Source of the DNA: Macrostomum lignano
Lineage: Eukaryota
NCBI GenBank assembly: GCA_002269645.1
Contig: NIVC01002077.1
Coordinates: 142,825 to 206,824 of the forward strand
Direction of reading: 5' to 3'
DNA length: 64,000 nucleotides
Positions 1-13,600 of the stretch are shown in pieces. The notes under the pieces were generated by a model. That model was given only the letters and a program-made list of their open reading frames with translations, had not been told where the DNA came from and ran no database searches. The position numbers and the translations under genes are program-made. Position 1 is the first letter of the stretch. Every line of letters begins with the position of its first letter.

Positions 1-69
1 TACTTTGTCTGTTAATGACCTTGGTGAATCTGCAGCTACAGTGTCAGTCTGGTTGTATTGACAACTGGA

Positions 70-503
70 ATCCTGGAATCCCTGTTCCCTCTATAGCACC
101 CTTGGAATTCCTGTTCCCTTTAAATCACCTCTGGAATCCCTGTTCTCTATAGCACCCTTGGAATCCCTATTCCCTTAAAATCAACCTTGAAATCCCTGTT
201 CCCTCTATAGCACCCTTGGAATCCCTGTTCCCTTTAAATCACCTCTAGAATCCATGTTCCTTTTAAATCACCTCTGGAATTCCTGTTCCCTGTATAGCAC
301 CCCAGGAATCCCTGTTCTCTATAGCAACCCCTGGAATCCTATTCTTTCTATAGCACTCCTAGAATCCCTATTCCCTTAAAATCAACACTTGAAATCCCTG
401 TTCTTTTTATGGTATCCCTAGAATATATGTTCCCTTTATAGCATCCCTAGACTAGAATCTCTGTTCTCTCTATAGCACCCTGGGAATCCCTGTTTCCTCT
501 ATA
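70..503. repeat. Degenerate about 29-bp minisatellite (GGAATCCCTGTTCCCTCTATAGCACCCCT)
   Basis: Visible tandem repetition. Confidence 0.85.
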
Positions 504-3324
504 GTAAAAGGTATTCTAAAATTTTGACTTTGATTTTAATTTTCCAAATTTTAGAATCTTCAAGTGCATATGTTGATTTTGATTTTGATATAAAATACAC
601 TTTTGGAACATCTCTACTCTAATATACTTAGAACCCCCAAAAGAGATTTTTATATTGTGATTATCTCTATTTAGCATATACTAGCATATCCCTAAAGCAA
701 ATCCCTTTGTGTGGTAATTAGCCAAGATGCATAAATGGCTTGTATTTCAGCTTTGGCATACTATGCTATCTCTTATTTCAGGAATATTTGTTTGACTTCT
801 ATACTTGGTAGAACTAGTTATTCATATACTTAGCAATGCTGGGACCTATCTTATTTAAGGCTATCATAAACTATAATTTATAAAGATATAACATACATGT
901 GCTACAAAATTACTTTTTGTTTTCTAAAAATGAACATTTAAAAGGGATGAAGCTTTAATAATAAATGGAATTTCTAATCTGCAAATTATATTTTACCCTA
1001 AAATTTCAATAAATAAATACCAATAGCTTATTACTATTGTCATTATTATTCTGTTTTGAAAATAAAGTAGTTAATGGCTATTTAAGAAGTCCTACTTAAG
1101 TTTTCCACTCCCAAATCTTACATATATGCCAGAAAATTCTATTATACAATTAACTTGAAAAAATGGTTGGCATAAAGTATTTAGCATATAGAACAATCTG
1201 CTAGAAAATTGCACCATAGAGCCAGCATATGGTATGGCATAGCTATTGGTATATTTTTGATAATGTCTTGTATATATATCATGAGTAAATTTGTTTTTTG
1301 GCATAAATTTGATTTTATGGTGTAGGCCAGTAGGGGGTCATTTTAAAGAAAAAAATATCATACTTAATAGTTTTATGAGTGCAGCTAGAGTAAAAATTTT
1401 AAATTTAAGAATGATAATAAATTTTAACATAGACTGTTAAAGGTAAAAAATGCATATGTTTTCATTACTTATGCTTGCAGCTTGTCTTGTCTTATCTAAA
1501 TTTTTTATCTTGGGACTTGGGACTTAAAATTATATTGAGAATAAAATTTTTATATTGAGAATAAATTTTTAGCCTAATATTGGTAATAATATAATGTCTC
1601 ATTGTTTCAATTTCAACTTCGTTTTTTATGTTTTGCTAAATAAAATACTCATTATGATGCTCTTTTTTTAAGCTCCACTATTCTAGGCCTATCCGAACTA
1701 TCAATATACAATTATACACATATTGTTTTAAGGTTATTTGTTAGTGATAGCATAGTAGAACTTTGAAAAAAGAAACTATGATAACCTTAACCTTTCTCGG
1801 TCATATAACCTATATTACAGTTTATAATATTATATGTAACCTATCATGGCCATGGATATGGTCACTAATAAAAAACAAAAAAATAGTTGCTCAATTATTT
1901 TTCGCTTGACAAATTTATATACAATAAATAATATTGGATAAAGGATCATATAAAAAAACAATAGGCTAGACCAAGGATCACAATACATAAACAAAATAAG
2001 GCCTAGCAGTCAAAGAAAAAAAAATTTTAAAGATCAAAAACAGAATGCCAAAATGCATACAATATCGAGCAACAGCAATCATTCAAATGAATTTCAAAAG
2101 GCAAGTTCTAACGTTTCTTAGGAAATTATATAATTGAACGTAATATTTACTGCCGTGCATTTTTAACTACAATTAATAATAAATACTTCAAAAGGCTTTT
2201 ATATGAAATAAAGTGCAAAAATTGAATTAAAATAAATAATTCTTATAGTTTAAAAAAGTTTTCAAACGCATTTTACTAAACATAATTTCGTTTTGTTACT
2301 GAGGTTGTGAAGCCTTTAATTTATTGCATACACACTTGTGGACTCCACTCTTTTAGTTTGGGCAAGTATAATAAAATTTTGAAAATAAATGTACACAGCA
2401 GTGTAATAGTGTACAAAGTGGCTAGCTTGTTGCTAAGTAAGCACTACACAATATTTTTGTTCGGCTTTCCAAACTTAAACTATTGTCGTCTTTATTTATT
2501 AGAAATAAATATCTCCGTGTCAAAATCCCGTGAATTCGTTCGTTTTATATTTTATATCTCGAGTTTGTTCCTTCTTTCCATCATTTAGCCTTAATAGGCC
2601 CCTATTTCTAATGCTCGTTTCAATTTTTGTTGGACACTCACAAAAAATTAATTAGTGAATAGGCCTAGCCTACTATATCCTTTAGTTTAGTTTTAAATTT
2701 AAAAAATAAATTCAAGTTTTTGATTGGTTCAATTTTTGGACAATGTTCAAGGACTAGGCCTACTACTACCTTGACTTTTAATTAAAGGGCCTTACTTTAC
2801 TAAGGTAGTAAGGAACTAAGTTGCCCTTGATCATCTTCGTGCTTTTTACTATTAGTATTAGGCCAAAACCTGTGTAATGTTTTCTGTGTAGGCCTAAGGA
2901 TAGGTAGGCCTAGGTGCTTATTTTCAAAATTTATATTATATTACACATAATTTTGACTTTTTGTCACACTCTTTAGTTATTTGTTTTAGTCTATTTAATT
3001 AACCTGGTCTTGCTTTTATATCAAGCTAGAGCTAGAATAAAGGTGGCCCCTTAGTGCAAAGTCTATTTATTTATTGACTAGGCCTAGGCCTAGGCCTACT
3101 CTAACATACTAAAGCTGATTCAAGGCATATCCAAAGAAAAAAATAATTGAAGTTGTGTTAATTGAATAATTGCATTTGCATTTTTCATTTTGAGATATAA
3201 TTTATCTTAGCTAATTTAAAAATTTTTAATAGGTCCTAAGCCTATGTTATAATATTAGGACCTAGGCCTAGAAATAAAACCTTTAACCGTTAGACCCATG
3301 GCCATAGACCCTAGCCAAATGCAA

Positions 3325-4050
3325 TCCACTTCAATAACAGCCAATTTGGTAACAACCACTTTGGTAACAGAAAATGACCATTTTGGTTACAGCCATTTAG
3401 GTAACAAAAATAGCCACTTCAATATCAATAACAAGGCATATTTACAACTATTAATACTTTAATTTTTATAGTAATTAAGTTTAGCAATAATCAGTTTAAT
3501 AATTAACATCTCAAATATCTGATTGCTACGTATAGTTAAATTTTCTAGTTAAACTATATTATAATTCATTTAAACTTATATAGGCAGTAGACTTATTAGC
3601 TGCAAACATTTTGAAGACAAAGAAAATTAAGCAAAGCATTGCATACATTGAAATTTAAAGTTTAAAATAATTAATAAGGAAAAAGTAAATTCTGTAATTT
3701 TAAGTTGCTTTTTGCTAACTAGATCAGAGTTTCCAATATACATTGTACATAATATTTGGTTAATTACAGGATGTCTCTGTGTATGTATCTGACTGACTTA
3801 TCAAAAAATTAAAATAGATTAGTTAAAACACTTTTAAACAAGTTAAAAACATGTAGGTACATATGTGTTTTGTCATTTTTTCTTTAAAGTTTGTTTGCGT
3901 ATTCTGTTGAAGCATCAAATAATATATTTTATTATTCTCACTTGTAACTTAACCAAAGTGGCTGTTACCAAAATGGCTATTACCAACATGGTCATTTTTT
4001 ATTATCAAAGTGGCTATTATCAAAATGGCTATTATTGAAATGGACTGTTA
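3325..4050. mobile_element. Possible MITE/foldback element with about 100-bp imperfect inverted ends
   Basis: 3325-3420 (repeats of CCA[C/T]TTTGGTAACAG, AAAATGACCAT) is an imperfect inverse of 3950-4050 (GTTACCAAAATGG, ATGGTCATTTT). No TSD identified. Confidence 0.5.
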
Positions 4051-6219
4051 CCCCCTAGCCTAGGTTTATTTAAATTAAGGCTAGGCAATAAGGCCTAAGC
4101 TTAAAATATAGTATAACTTTTCCAATTGTCGATTTTGAAAATAACTATTTTGATAATAGATCTTAAATAATATGCTATAATATTAAAAATTAGAAATTCT
4201 GTTTAAGGATAGTAGATAATTGATAGAATATAGAAGTATATTTATTGCATAAGAAAATTCTATATCTTGATATATATAGGCCTATAAGTCTTGCATTTTG
4301 AGTTGCTAGCTATTTAAAAAGAAATAATTATAAAATGCCCTATTTAGTCTATTTAGCTTCAGTAGATATAAATACATTGTAAAAAATGAATAATAAGTAA
4401 GAGAGTTTTGGCTTTAAGGTATATTATATAAGAAACTATATATCATTGTATATAATTAATATAGCATAGTCATAGATTCAGCAAAGGATAAAGTAGAATA
4501 TAATCATCAGTATAATAAAGGTGAAAACACACTTCACCTTGGATGAAAATAGAAAATTTGGATAAGTTAGTCATTTTGGTAATAGGAGATGCCTTATAAC
4601 ATATTATTAAGGCCTATATATTATATGTTTATAGTTCTTTTGTTAAAAATATATTTTATATTTCAAAAATTTTGTTTAAAGATTGATACATATATGTGTA
4701 TATAAGTAATATAAACAAAATGAAATGAAATACTACTTTACCATTGTAATAAACCTTTAAACTCTTAGGTTTCATATTAGACCTACTTAGGATTGGCAAA
4801 ATAATTTTCTACTTGAAAACACAATGGCTATCACCAAAAAAGTTTTTTTATTATCAAAATTACTTTGTTTGTCACTAAAGTGACTATAGTCCCTATGACC
4901 ATAAAATAAGTCATTTTGACAAAAAGTCATTTTAGTAAAATATATTTTGGTAAAATATAATTTTACCAACAGATATCTCAGTGAAAAGCTTTTAATACAA
5001 TATAAGCATTTTGTTGTAATGCAATAAAGTTAATAACAACCAAAGTGGGATGATACAGTTTTATGTAGAAAAATAAAGTGGATTTATAGAACAAGTGCAA
5101 TAGCCATAGGCATATAGATATATAAGAATATAAGTATAACAGTATAAGTATATAGGAAGAAGGAATAGGTTAATAGTAAAGTTGGAGAGCAAGTTTGAAT
5201 TTAAGCTTAGACTATTATTTGATTAAAGAAATGAAATGTGCAAAGCATATATATGAATAATGTACTAATATACTAATATAGAATATATAATGATAAGTGA
5301 ACTGTTCTAGGTATTGCATAGCATAAGTCATAATGTGCCAACTAAATTCACTATTTATTTATCAAAAAATGAATTAATATTATCTTATGTAGTATTTTGC
5401 TTGTATATAATTTTCCTTTTGATTTGAATATCACTAAAATGTTATAAAGCTAAAAGTTAATATAGAGAATTTGTTGAATCATTTGTGGGTTGCAAACTTT
5501 AAGACACACAAAGAAAGCAAAAATGTGACTCTACTCTAAGTCACCAACTGCGTGCACTTTTATTTGTAGCTAAGTTGAAGGTTAAAGCAATGTATATATA
5601 TAGGCAGGCTAACATAGCAATATACATTTTTTCTAAGAGTGAGGGAGGGGACACTGATTAATTTGAAGTCATAGATAAGCATATATTAAAATATACATTG
5701 AAATCACTTTTTGCCACAATTAAATATTGAAATATCATCACAAAATCATCAATGCCAAAAAATACACTACAAAGATATGTTTTTTTTTCAGGTAACCCTA
5801 ATTTATTCACTTGCATATTTTAAAGTACATTTAACAAGCTATATTAGAGATGCATTTTATTTATAATTACAAATAAAAATTTGATGCAAACCTTATTAGT
5901 TATATTATATTGCAGAATATATTGGCAATTTATCATTTTATTACATTATATTTATTTCATCATTTTTCTATTAATATCAATTGATAAAATTTTAAATAGT
6001 ACTATTTAGATAATTATTCCTTTAAGTAAGCTCTAACATTTGTTACTTATACCTATTTATTAGGCCTTATACAAAAAATAAGCAATTAGCAATCTTAATA
6101 ATATTCTTGATTATACAGTCTATACCTAGGTTTAAGTATGCAAATACAAGATTATAAATGTTTGCAAAACTATAAAATTTATCTCAAGGGCAAAATGAAG
6201 AATCTAGCACATGACTATG

Positions 6220-6440
6220 AGCTAGAAGGAAAAAAGAGGTGAATAGAGAAGAGAGGAGAGGAAAAATGGTAGAATGCGCAAGAGAAGGGAGATGGGAGAA
6301 GGGAGGGAAAAGAATAAGAAGGAAGAGGTGAGAAAGGAGAGAGAAAAGGAAGAGGAGAGAGGGAGAAGAGAGAGTAGAAAGGAAAAAGTGGAGAGGAAAG
6401 AAGAGAAGAGAGAAGGCTAAGAGAGCCAAAAAGAGCCACA
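6220..6440. repeat. GA-rich low-complexity tract
   Basis: Purine-only runs upstream of the USP9X ATG. Confidence 0.8.
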
Positions 6441-6953
6441 AACTGTAGAGAGGCGAGATGGCTATTATGAAGTTTCAAGGGACCCAATGGCTAGATAGAG
6501 AGGCCTAGTAGGCTGCATATGGCCTAAATGGGCTAGAGTTTGCTAACTCCTGTTATAAGACAACTAGCTAGTAGAGGATAAGATATGATCCCAATATTGA
6601 TCTTATTTTTAACTTCTATATCTGCTTATTAAATGTCCTTGAAGGTAGAAAAAATAGTATGCAGTAAAACAAAAGTTAAGCACTTAGCTTTTTTATAGAG
6701 CCCATTTGCATAGAATTAAAAATATTATATTGATATTGATTAATATCCAAGTAAGAAAATGATCGAATTATATAAAAATGTTTTCTTTTTTTGAAACCTA
6801 CACTTTAGTTAACATTGAAAGCAACTGCAGTCAAATTTAGAATTAAAAATCCAATCGAATGCTGGGTTGAGTCAAGCATTGTTAAATAATCATGTCATAT
6901 TACTTATCATCATTTATTCCAGTAATCTATTTAGTGCATTGAGCTGCATCTCT

Positions 6954-7164
6954 ATGACAATTAAGTACGCAAAGTCGGATGATGCTTCCGACAATCAGCA
7001 GCAGCAGCAGCGGACGCAGCATCCAGATCAGCAGCAACAGCAACAACAACAGTCAGCTGAAGATGCTGATAGCAGCAGCCAGCCTTCAACATCGTCGTCT
7101 GTGCCGCCACAGCAGCAGCCGCAAGCGCCCCCTATTGGACCCGAGGCCATCACTGTTATAACTG
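6954..7164 (+). CDS. USP9X: USP9X-like exon 1 (low-complexity Q-rich N-terminus)
   Basis: ATG at 6954 after AT-rich DNA. Donor G|GTGATT is phase 1 and matches acceptor CTAG|GC at 7783. No recognisable homology in this exon. Confidence 0.65.
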
Positions 7165-7421
7165 GTGATTACAGTCTTCTGTCTGCCTGTCTGTCTGTGT
7201 CTGTCTGACTGACTGTCTGTCTGCCTGTGTCTGTCTGACTGTCCGTATGCCTTTCTGTCTGTCTGTCTGTCTGTCTGTCTGTGTCTGTCTGTCTGCATGC
7301 CTGTCTGTCTGACTGTCCGTATGCCTGTCTGTCTGCCTGTCTGTCTGTCTGTGTCTGTCTGTCTGCATGCCTGTCTGTCTGTCTCTCTGTATGCCTGTCT
7401 GTCTGTCTGCCTGTCTGTGTA

Positions 7422-7452
<31 letters not shown>

Positions 7453-7483
7453 GCCTGTCTGTCTGTCTGTCTGTCCGTTTGCC

Positions 7484-7534
<51 letters not shown>

Positions 7535-7577
7535 GTCTGTCTGTCTGCATGCCTGTCTGTCTGCCTCTCTGTATGCC

Positions 7578-7646
<69 letters not shown>

Positions 7647-10600
7647 GCCTGTCTGTGTATCTGTCTATTGAATTTTCTATTAAAAATCGGTATACGAGCT
7701 ATGTTGCTTTTTGATGCATGTCGGTAACACAAATTACATTAAATTCAAATACTGCCCACTATTGTCGATCCGCTCAATCTAGGCGAAGTTGCCTCGCCGA
7801 CAGAAGCCGCCGACGGCGATGCTGGAGACGGTGGCGGAGGAGGCGGCGGCGCGGATCCGAACTCCACCGGTGTTGCCCCATCGACTACCACCGACACCGC
7901 AGCGACGATGACAGCGACGACGAGTCCCGCCGAAGCCGGCACGTCGGCTGCGGCGTCGGCGGCCTCAGTGGTGGTGACTCGCGAATCGCTGCTAGTTGAT
8001 AACGGCGACCCGAAGTTCCCAGCCGAGGAGCTGGCCCGCCTGGAGGAGATGATCGGTCGCAACCGCTGGGTGGTGCCGGTGCTGCCGGACGCCGAACTCG
8101 AGCACCTTCTGCTGGCCTCCATCAACCTGATGCGCTTTGACTTGGACGAACAATCGCCCTCCTGTCAGCGCTTCATCCGCGACGGCTTGGTTCTCTCTTT
8201 CAATAAGATCTTCACCGACGAGGCTGTCAATTCTTGGAAATTCGAGATACAAAAGTACATTCTGGACTCTGCTAAGCTTCTACTGCAGATGATTGTGCTG
8301 AGACTGGACAGAGACAATCCCTACCTTCTCGAATTGCTGTTTCTGGTGCTCAACCCGGAGACGAAGTTTCATATTTTCAACGGCCAGCGATCGCCGTTGC
8401 TGCCGCAGCCTGCAGCAGCCGTGTCGCCCTCTGCCGCCGCCACCATCGCGGCAGCCACCGCAGCCGCCTCTGCTGGCGGTCCGCCTCCTGTGTTTGCCGT
8501 CCCCAGGGAGAATAAGAGTCCAATGCACTGGCTGGTGGATCTGGTCAACTGCTTCGGCAGATTGGGGGGCTTTCAGGTACTGGCTTGCCTATTGTTCTAT
8601 GTCTGTTCCCCGTCCTTCATCCCCTCCCGATCCTTCATCCCCTCCCTGATCCTTTATCCCCTCCCCGATCCTTCATCCCCTCCCTGATCCTTTATCCCTT
8701 CCCCGATCCTTCATCCCCTCCCCGATCCTTTATCCCCTCCCCGATCCTTCATCCCCTCCCCGATCCTTCATCCCCTCATCATCCTTCATCCCCTCCCCCA
8801 TCCTTCATCCCCTCCCCCATTCTTCACCCCCTCACCCATCCTTCATCCCCTCCCCCATCCTTCATCCCCTCCCCCATCCTTCATCCCCTCCCCCATACTT
8901 CATCCCCTCCCCCATCCTTCATCCCCTCCCCCATCCTTCATCCCCTCCCCGATCCTTCATCCCCTCATCATCCTTCATCCCCTCCCCCATTCTTCACCCC
9001 CTCACCCATCCTTCATCCCCTCCCCCATCCTTCATCCCCTCCCCCATCCTTCATCCCCTCCCCATACTTCATCCCCTCCCCCATCCTTCATCCCCTCCCC
9101 CATACTTCATCACCTTCCTGATCCTTCATCCCCTCCCCCATCCTTCATCCCCTCATCATACGTCATCCCCTCCCCGATTCCTTACCCCCGATCCTTCACC
9201 AAATCGCCCAGCTTCTACACTTACAATGTACTCACCGACTTGTTGTACTCTGCCGCAGGCGCTGGCTCGCCGATTTGAGCAACGTGACACTCTCAACGTG
9301 ACAATCATCGCCAGTTTGTTGCGCCCTTTTGGCGCCAGCGCCGAAGTCCTGGCGCCGTCCACCGTGAGCACCTATTTCGTGCCTCTACTGCCAGTAGTGC
9401 AGGGCTTCCTCAATCGGCTGAGCGACGCCGATCTCAAACGGGAGAGCAAATCTGACAAGCACGACTGTCTTAGTGGCATCGTGCGCTGCCTTCAGTGCCT
9501 GCTAATTCGCCTGCCGGACCAGGAGGAGACCACCAGAAATCTGGAGGAGCTGAGGCTCAAAATGATTCTGCGCGTACTGCAATTGTCTTCGTTTAATGGC
9601 AAAATGAAGGCGCTTAACGAATTGAACAAAGCTATAACCTCTGTTAGCTATTATCAGCACAGGTACGTTATGACTCTCATTTTGCTCATCCTCGCAGATC
9701 CTCATTATTTGTGTCTGCAGATCCTCATGATTTGTGTCTGCAGATCCTCATGATTTGTGTCTGCAGATCCTCATGATTTGTGTCTGCAGATCCTCATGAT
9801 TTGTCTGCAGATCCTCATGATTTGTGTCTGCAGACCCTCATGATTTGTGTCTGCAGATCCTCATGATTTGTGTCTGCAGATCCTCATGATTTGTGTCTGC
9901 AGACCCTCATGATTTGTGTCTGCAGATCCTCGTGATTTGTGTCTGCAGATCCTCATGATTTGTGTCTGCAGATCCTCATGATTTGTCTGCAGATCCTCAT
10001 GATTTGTGTCTGCAGACCCTCATGATTTGTGTCTGCAGATCCTCATGATTTGTGTCTGCAGATCCTCATGATTTGTGTCTGCAGATCCTCATGATTTGTG
10101 TCTGCAGATCCTCATGATTTGTGTCTGCAGATCCTCATGATTTGTGTCCGCAGATCCTCATGATTTGTCTGCAGATCCTCATGATTTGTGTCTGCAGATC
10201 CTCGTGATTTGTGTCTGCAGATCCTCATGATTTGTGTCTGCAGATCCTCATGATTTGTGTCTGCAGACCCTCATAATTTGTGTCTGCAGATCCTCATGAT
10301 TTGTGTCTGCAGATCCTCATGATTTGTGTCTGCAGATCCTCATGATTTGTCTGCAGATCCTCATGATTTGTGTCTGCAGATCCTCGTGATTTGTGTCTGC
10401 AGATCCTCATGATTTGTGTCTGCAGATCCTCATGATTTGTCTGCAGATCCTCATGATTTGTGTCTGCAAATTTTCATGATTTGTGTCTGCAGACCCTCAT
10501 GATTTGTGTCCGCAGATCCTCATGATTTGTCTGCAGATCCTCATGATTTGTGTCTGCAGATCCTCGTGATTTGTGTCTGCAGATCCTCATGATTTGTGTC

Positions 10601-13600
10601 TGCAGATCCTCATGATTTGTGTCTGCAGACCCTCATAATTTGTGTCTGCAGATCCTCATGATTTGTGTCTGCAGATCCTCATGATTTGTGTCCGCAGACC
10701 CTCATGATTTGTCTGCAGATCCTCATGATTTGTCTGCAGACCCTCATGATTTGTGTCTGCAGATCCTCATGATTTGTCTGCAGATCCTCATGATTTGTGT
10801 CTGCAAATTTTCATGATTTGTGTCTGCAGACCCTCATGATTTGTGTCTGCAAATGTTCATGATTTGTTTTCAGATCCTCATGATTTGTATTTACGGATTC
10901 TCATGATTTGTGTCTGTAGATCCTCATGATTTGTGTCTGCAGATTCTCATAATTTATGTCTGCAGTTTCTCATACTGTGTCCTCAGATTGCTCGGAGTTG
11001 TGTCCGCAGTTTCTCGAGATTTGTGTCCTTAGATATTCAGAGAATCTGTTGCATTCCCGCCGCAGGCACCGCGACCCCGAAGGCTTCCTGACCCCGGAGA
11101 AAATTGCGGAATGGATCCAGCGCAACCAAGTGCTTTCTATTGTGCTCAAAGAGAATCTTCACCAGCCGCAATACGTTGAAAAGCTGGAGAAGCTAATCAG
11201 ATTTATGATCAAGGAGAAGCAGCTGCCGGCAAGCGAACTGGACAAAATCTGGGACGCTCAGCGCGGCAAACACGAGGCCATTGTTAAGAATGTCCACGAT
11301 CTGCTGGCCAAACTGGCCTGGGATTTCTCTGCGGATCAGCTGGATCATCTGTTCGTGTGCTTTCAAAATTCCTGGCGCAACGCCGAGAAAAAGGAGCGCG
11401 AGAAGCTGCTTGAACTGATTCGCCGACTAGCTGAGGATGATAAAGAGGGTGTGATGGCGCAGAAGGTTCTTGAGCTTCTATGGCAGCTGGCTCACAGTCC
11501 CGACTGCCCCATCGACATCATGGATCAGGCATTGAGCGCGCATATTAAGATATTGGACTACAGCTGTTCGCAGGTAAAAAGATCGGCTTTCGTGTTATTC
11601 TGAATGATACTACTTGTATTAAGTAGAGTTATTAGTGTTTTCCCACAATTTTATAGTAGATTGAATAAATGATGACGTCATTGAATTTATAATTTTACTA
11701 ACTAAACCATATGCCGCATTTAATGACAGGATCGGGAGCAACAGAAGCTGCAGTGGATCGATAGGACAGTTGCTGAGATGGACAAGGGCGACAAATGGAT
11801 TTTGCCGGCGCTTAAGCATATTAGAGACATCTGCTGCTTATTTCATGAGGTCAGTGTATTTTGGATACAGTTTTACATCTTAAAGTACATGTGTACTTTT
11901 CAATAGTGTTTTTATTAAAACTCCGCATGCTGCTTTGCCCCATTTGCAGCCGCCGCACCAGCAATATCCTAAGAATCAATCGCAAGGCTATAGAAATGAC
12001 GTCATCAACAAGCTTAACAACACGCACAATATTTTGACCAGAGTGGCTACAAATCTGGTGCAGTACACGGAGAAGGCGTCTAAATTTGCTAAAGGTGCGT
12101 TTTGATTAGGTCTCGCATGGGAATGCTGTGATAAAGTATTTGTAGTTTTTATAATATTGGATGCTATGTAATTGATGGGATTGTGTATGATATGGAATGC
12201 CAGGTAAATTTATGGGATTATGTATGATATGGGTTGCCAGGTAAATGATGGGATTGTGTATGATATGGAATGCCAGGTAAATTTATGGGATTATGTATGA
12301 TATGGAATGCCAGGTAAATGATGGGATGGTGTATGATATGGGATGCCAGGATTATGTATGATATGGAATGCCAGGTAAATGATGGGATTATGTATGATAT
12401 GGGATGCCAGGTAAATGATGGGATTGTGTATGATATGGGATGCCAGGTAAATGATGGGATTATGTATGATATGGGATGCCAGGTAAATGATGGGATTGTG
12501 TATGATATGGGATGCCAAGGTAAATGATGGGATTATGTATGATATGGAATGCCAGGTAAATGATGGGATTATGTATGATATGGGATGCCAAGGTAAATGA
12601 TGGGATTATGTATGATATGGGATGCCAAGGTAAATGATGGGATTGTGTATGATATGGGATGCCAGGTAAATGATGGGATTATGTATGATATGGGATGCCA
12701 AGGTAAATGATGGGATTGTGTATGATATGGGATGCCAGGTAAATGATGGGATTATGTATGATATGGGATGCCAAGGTAAATGATGGGATTATGTATGATA
12801 TGGGATTCCAGGTAAATGATGGGATTATGTATGATATGGGATGCCAGGTAAATGATGGGATCGTTAAACATTAATATACTACGATATTGCTGCTAAAGTG
12901 CAGTAATATATGCGGTGAAACGCCATTAAATTGCACCGTATTCGCAGAGCACCCTGAGCACACTCAACTGGACGTGCTGCCGGACGATCGCTATAATCAC
13001 GTGACCCACGTGTCCGAGCGGCTGAAATTCCTGAGATTCCTGCTCAAAGACGGCATGCTGTGGCTTGGAGAGGAGCAGGCTGTGCAGATCTGGAACTGCC
13101 TAGCGGTCAGCCCTGTGTACCCCACTGACAGGGAGACCTGCTTCAAGTGGTTCACTAAGGTGAGTTGTTTGTGGTCTCTGTTTCCGTGAGGCCAATACTA
13201 TCGTAAAATGACAGCTGGGTGAACTGAAGCAGTTCAGAGTTAAGTGTCTTGCCCAAGGACACAAATTGTTTTGGGTGAGTCAAGAATCGAACCCCCGACC
13301 TTTCAATCGTGAGTCCGACGCTCTGACCACTAGGCTACAGCCCCCCTCAGATGAAAACTGTATATAAGATAATATACCTGCCACACTGCCGCACCTTTGT
13401 TCCACCGCAGTTGATGGGCGACGAGCCGGACCTGAACCCGGAAATCATGCAGCAGTTCTTCGAGAATCACATCCTCCAGCTGGACCCTCGCCTAGTCACG
13501 GAGGCCGGCATCAACTGCTTTCAGAATTTCTTTCGGTCAACAAATCTTCGAGCGGAGAAGCTGCTAGTGCGGCACCACAGCGCCTACATGGACGACATCA

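Noticed and set aside
1-6800. Short ORFs in AT-rich DNA (also 55200-58700 and 63050-64000)
   Set aside because: They are short, compositionally biased, and show no motifs or exon-like GC content.
7086-7732. QTDR / SVCL repeat ORFs
   Set aside because: Translations of (GTCT)n.
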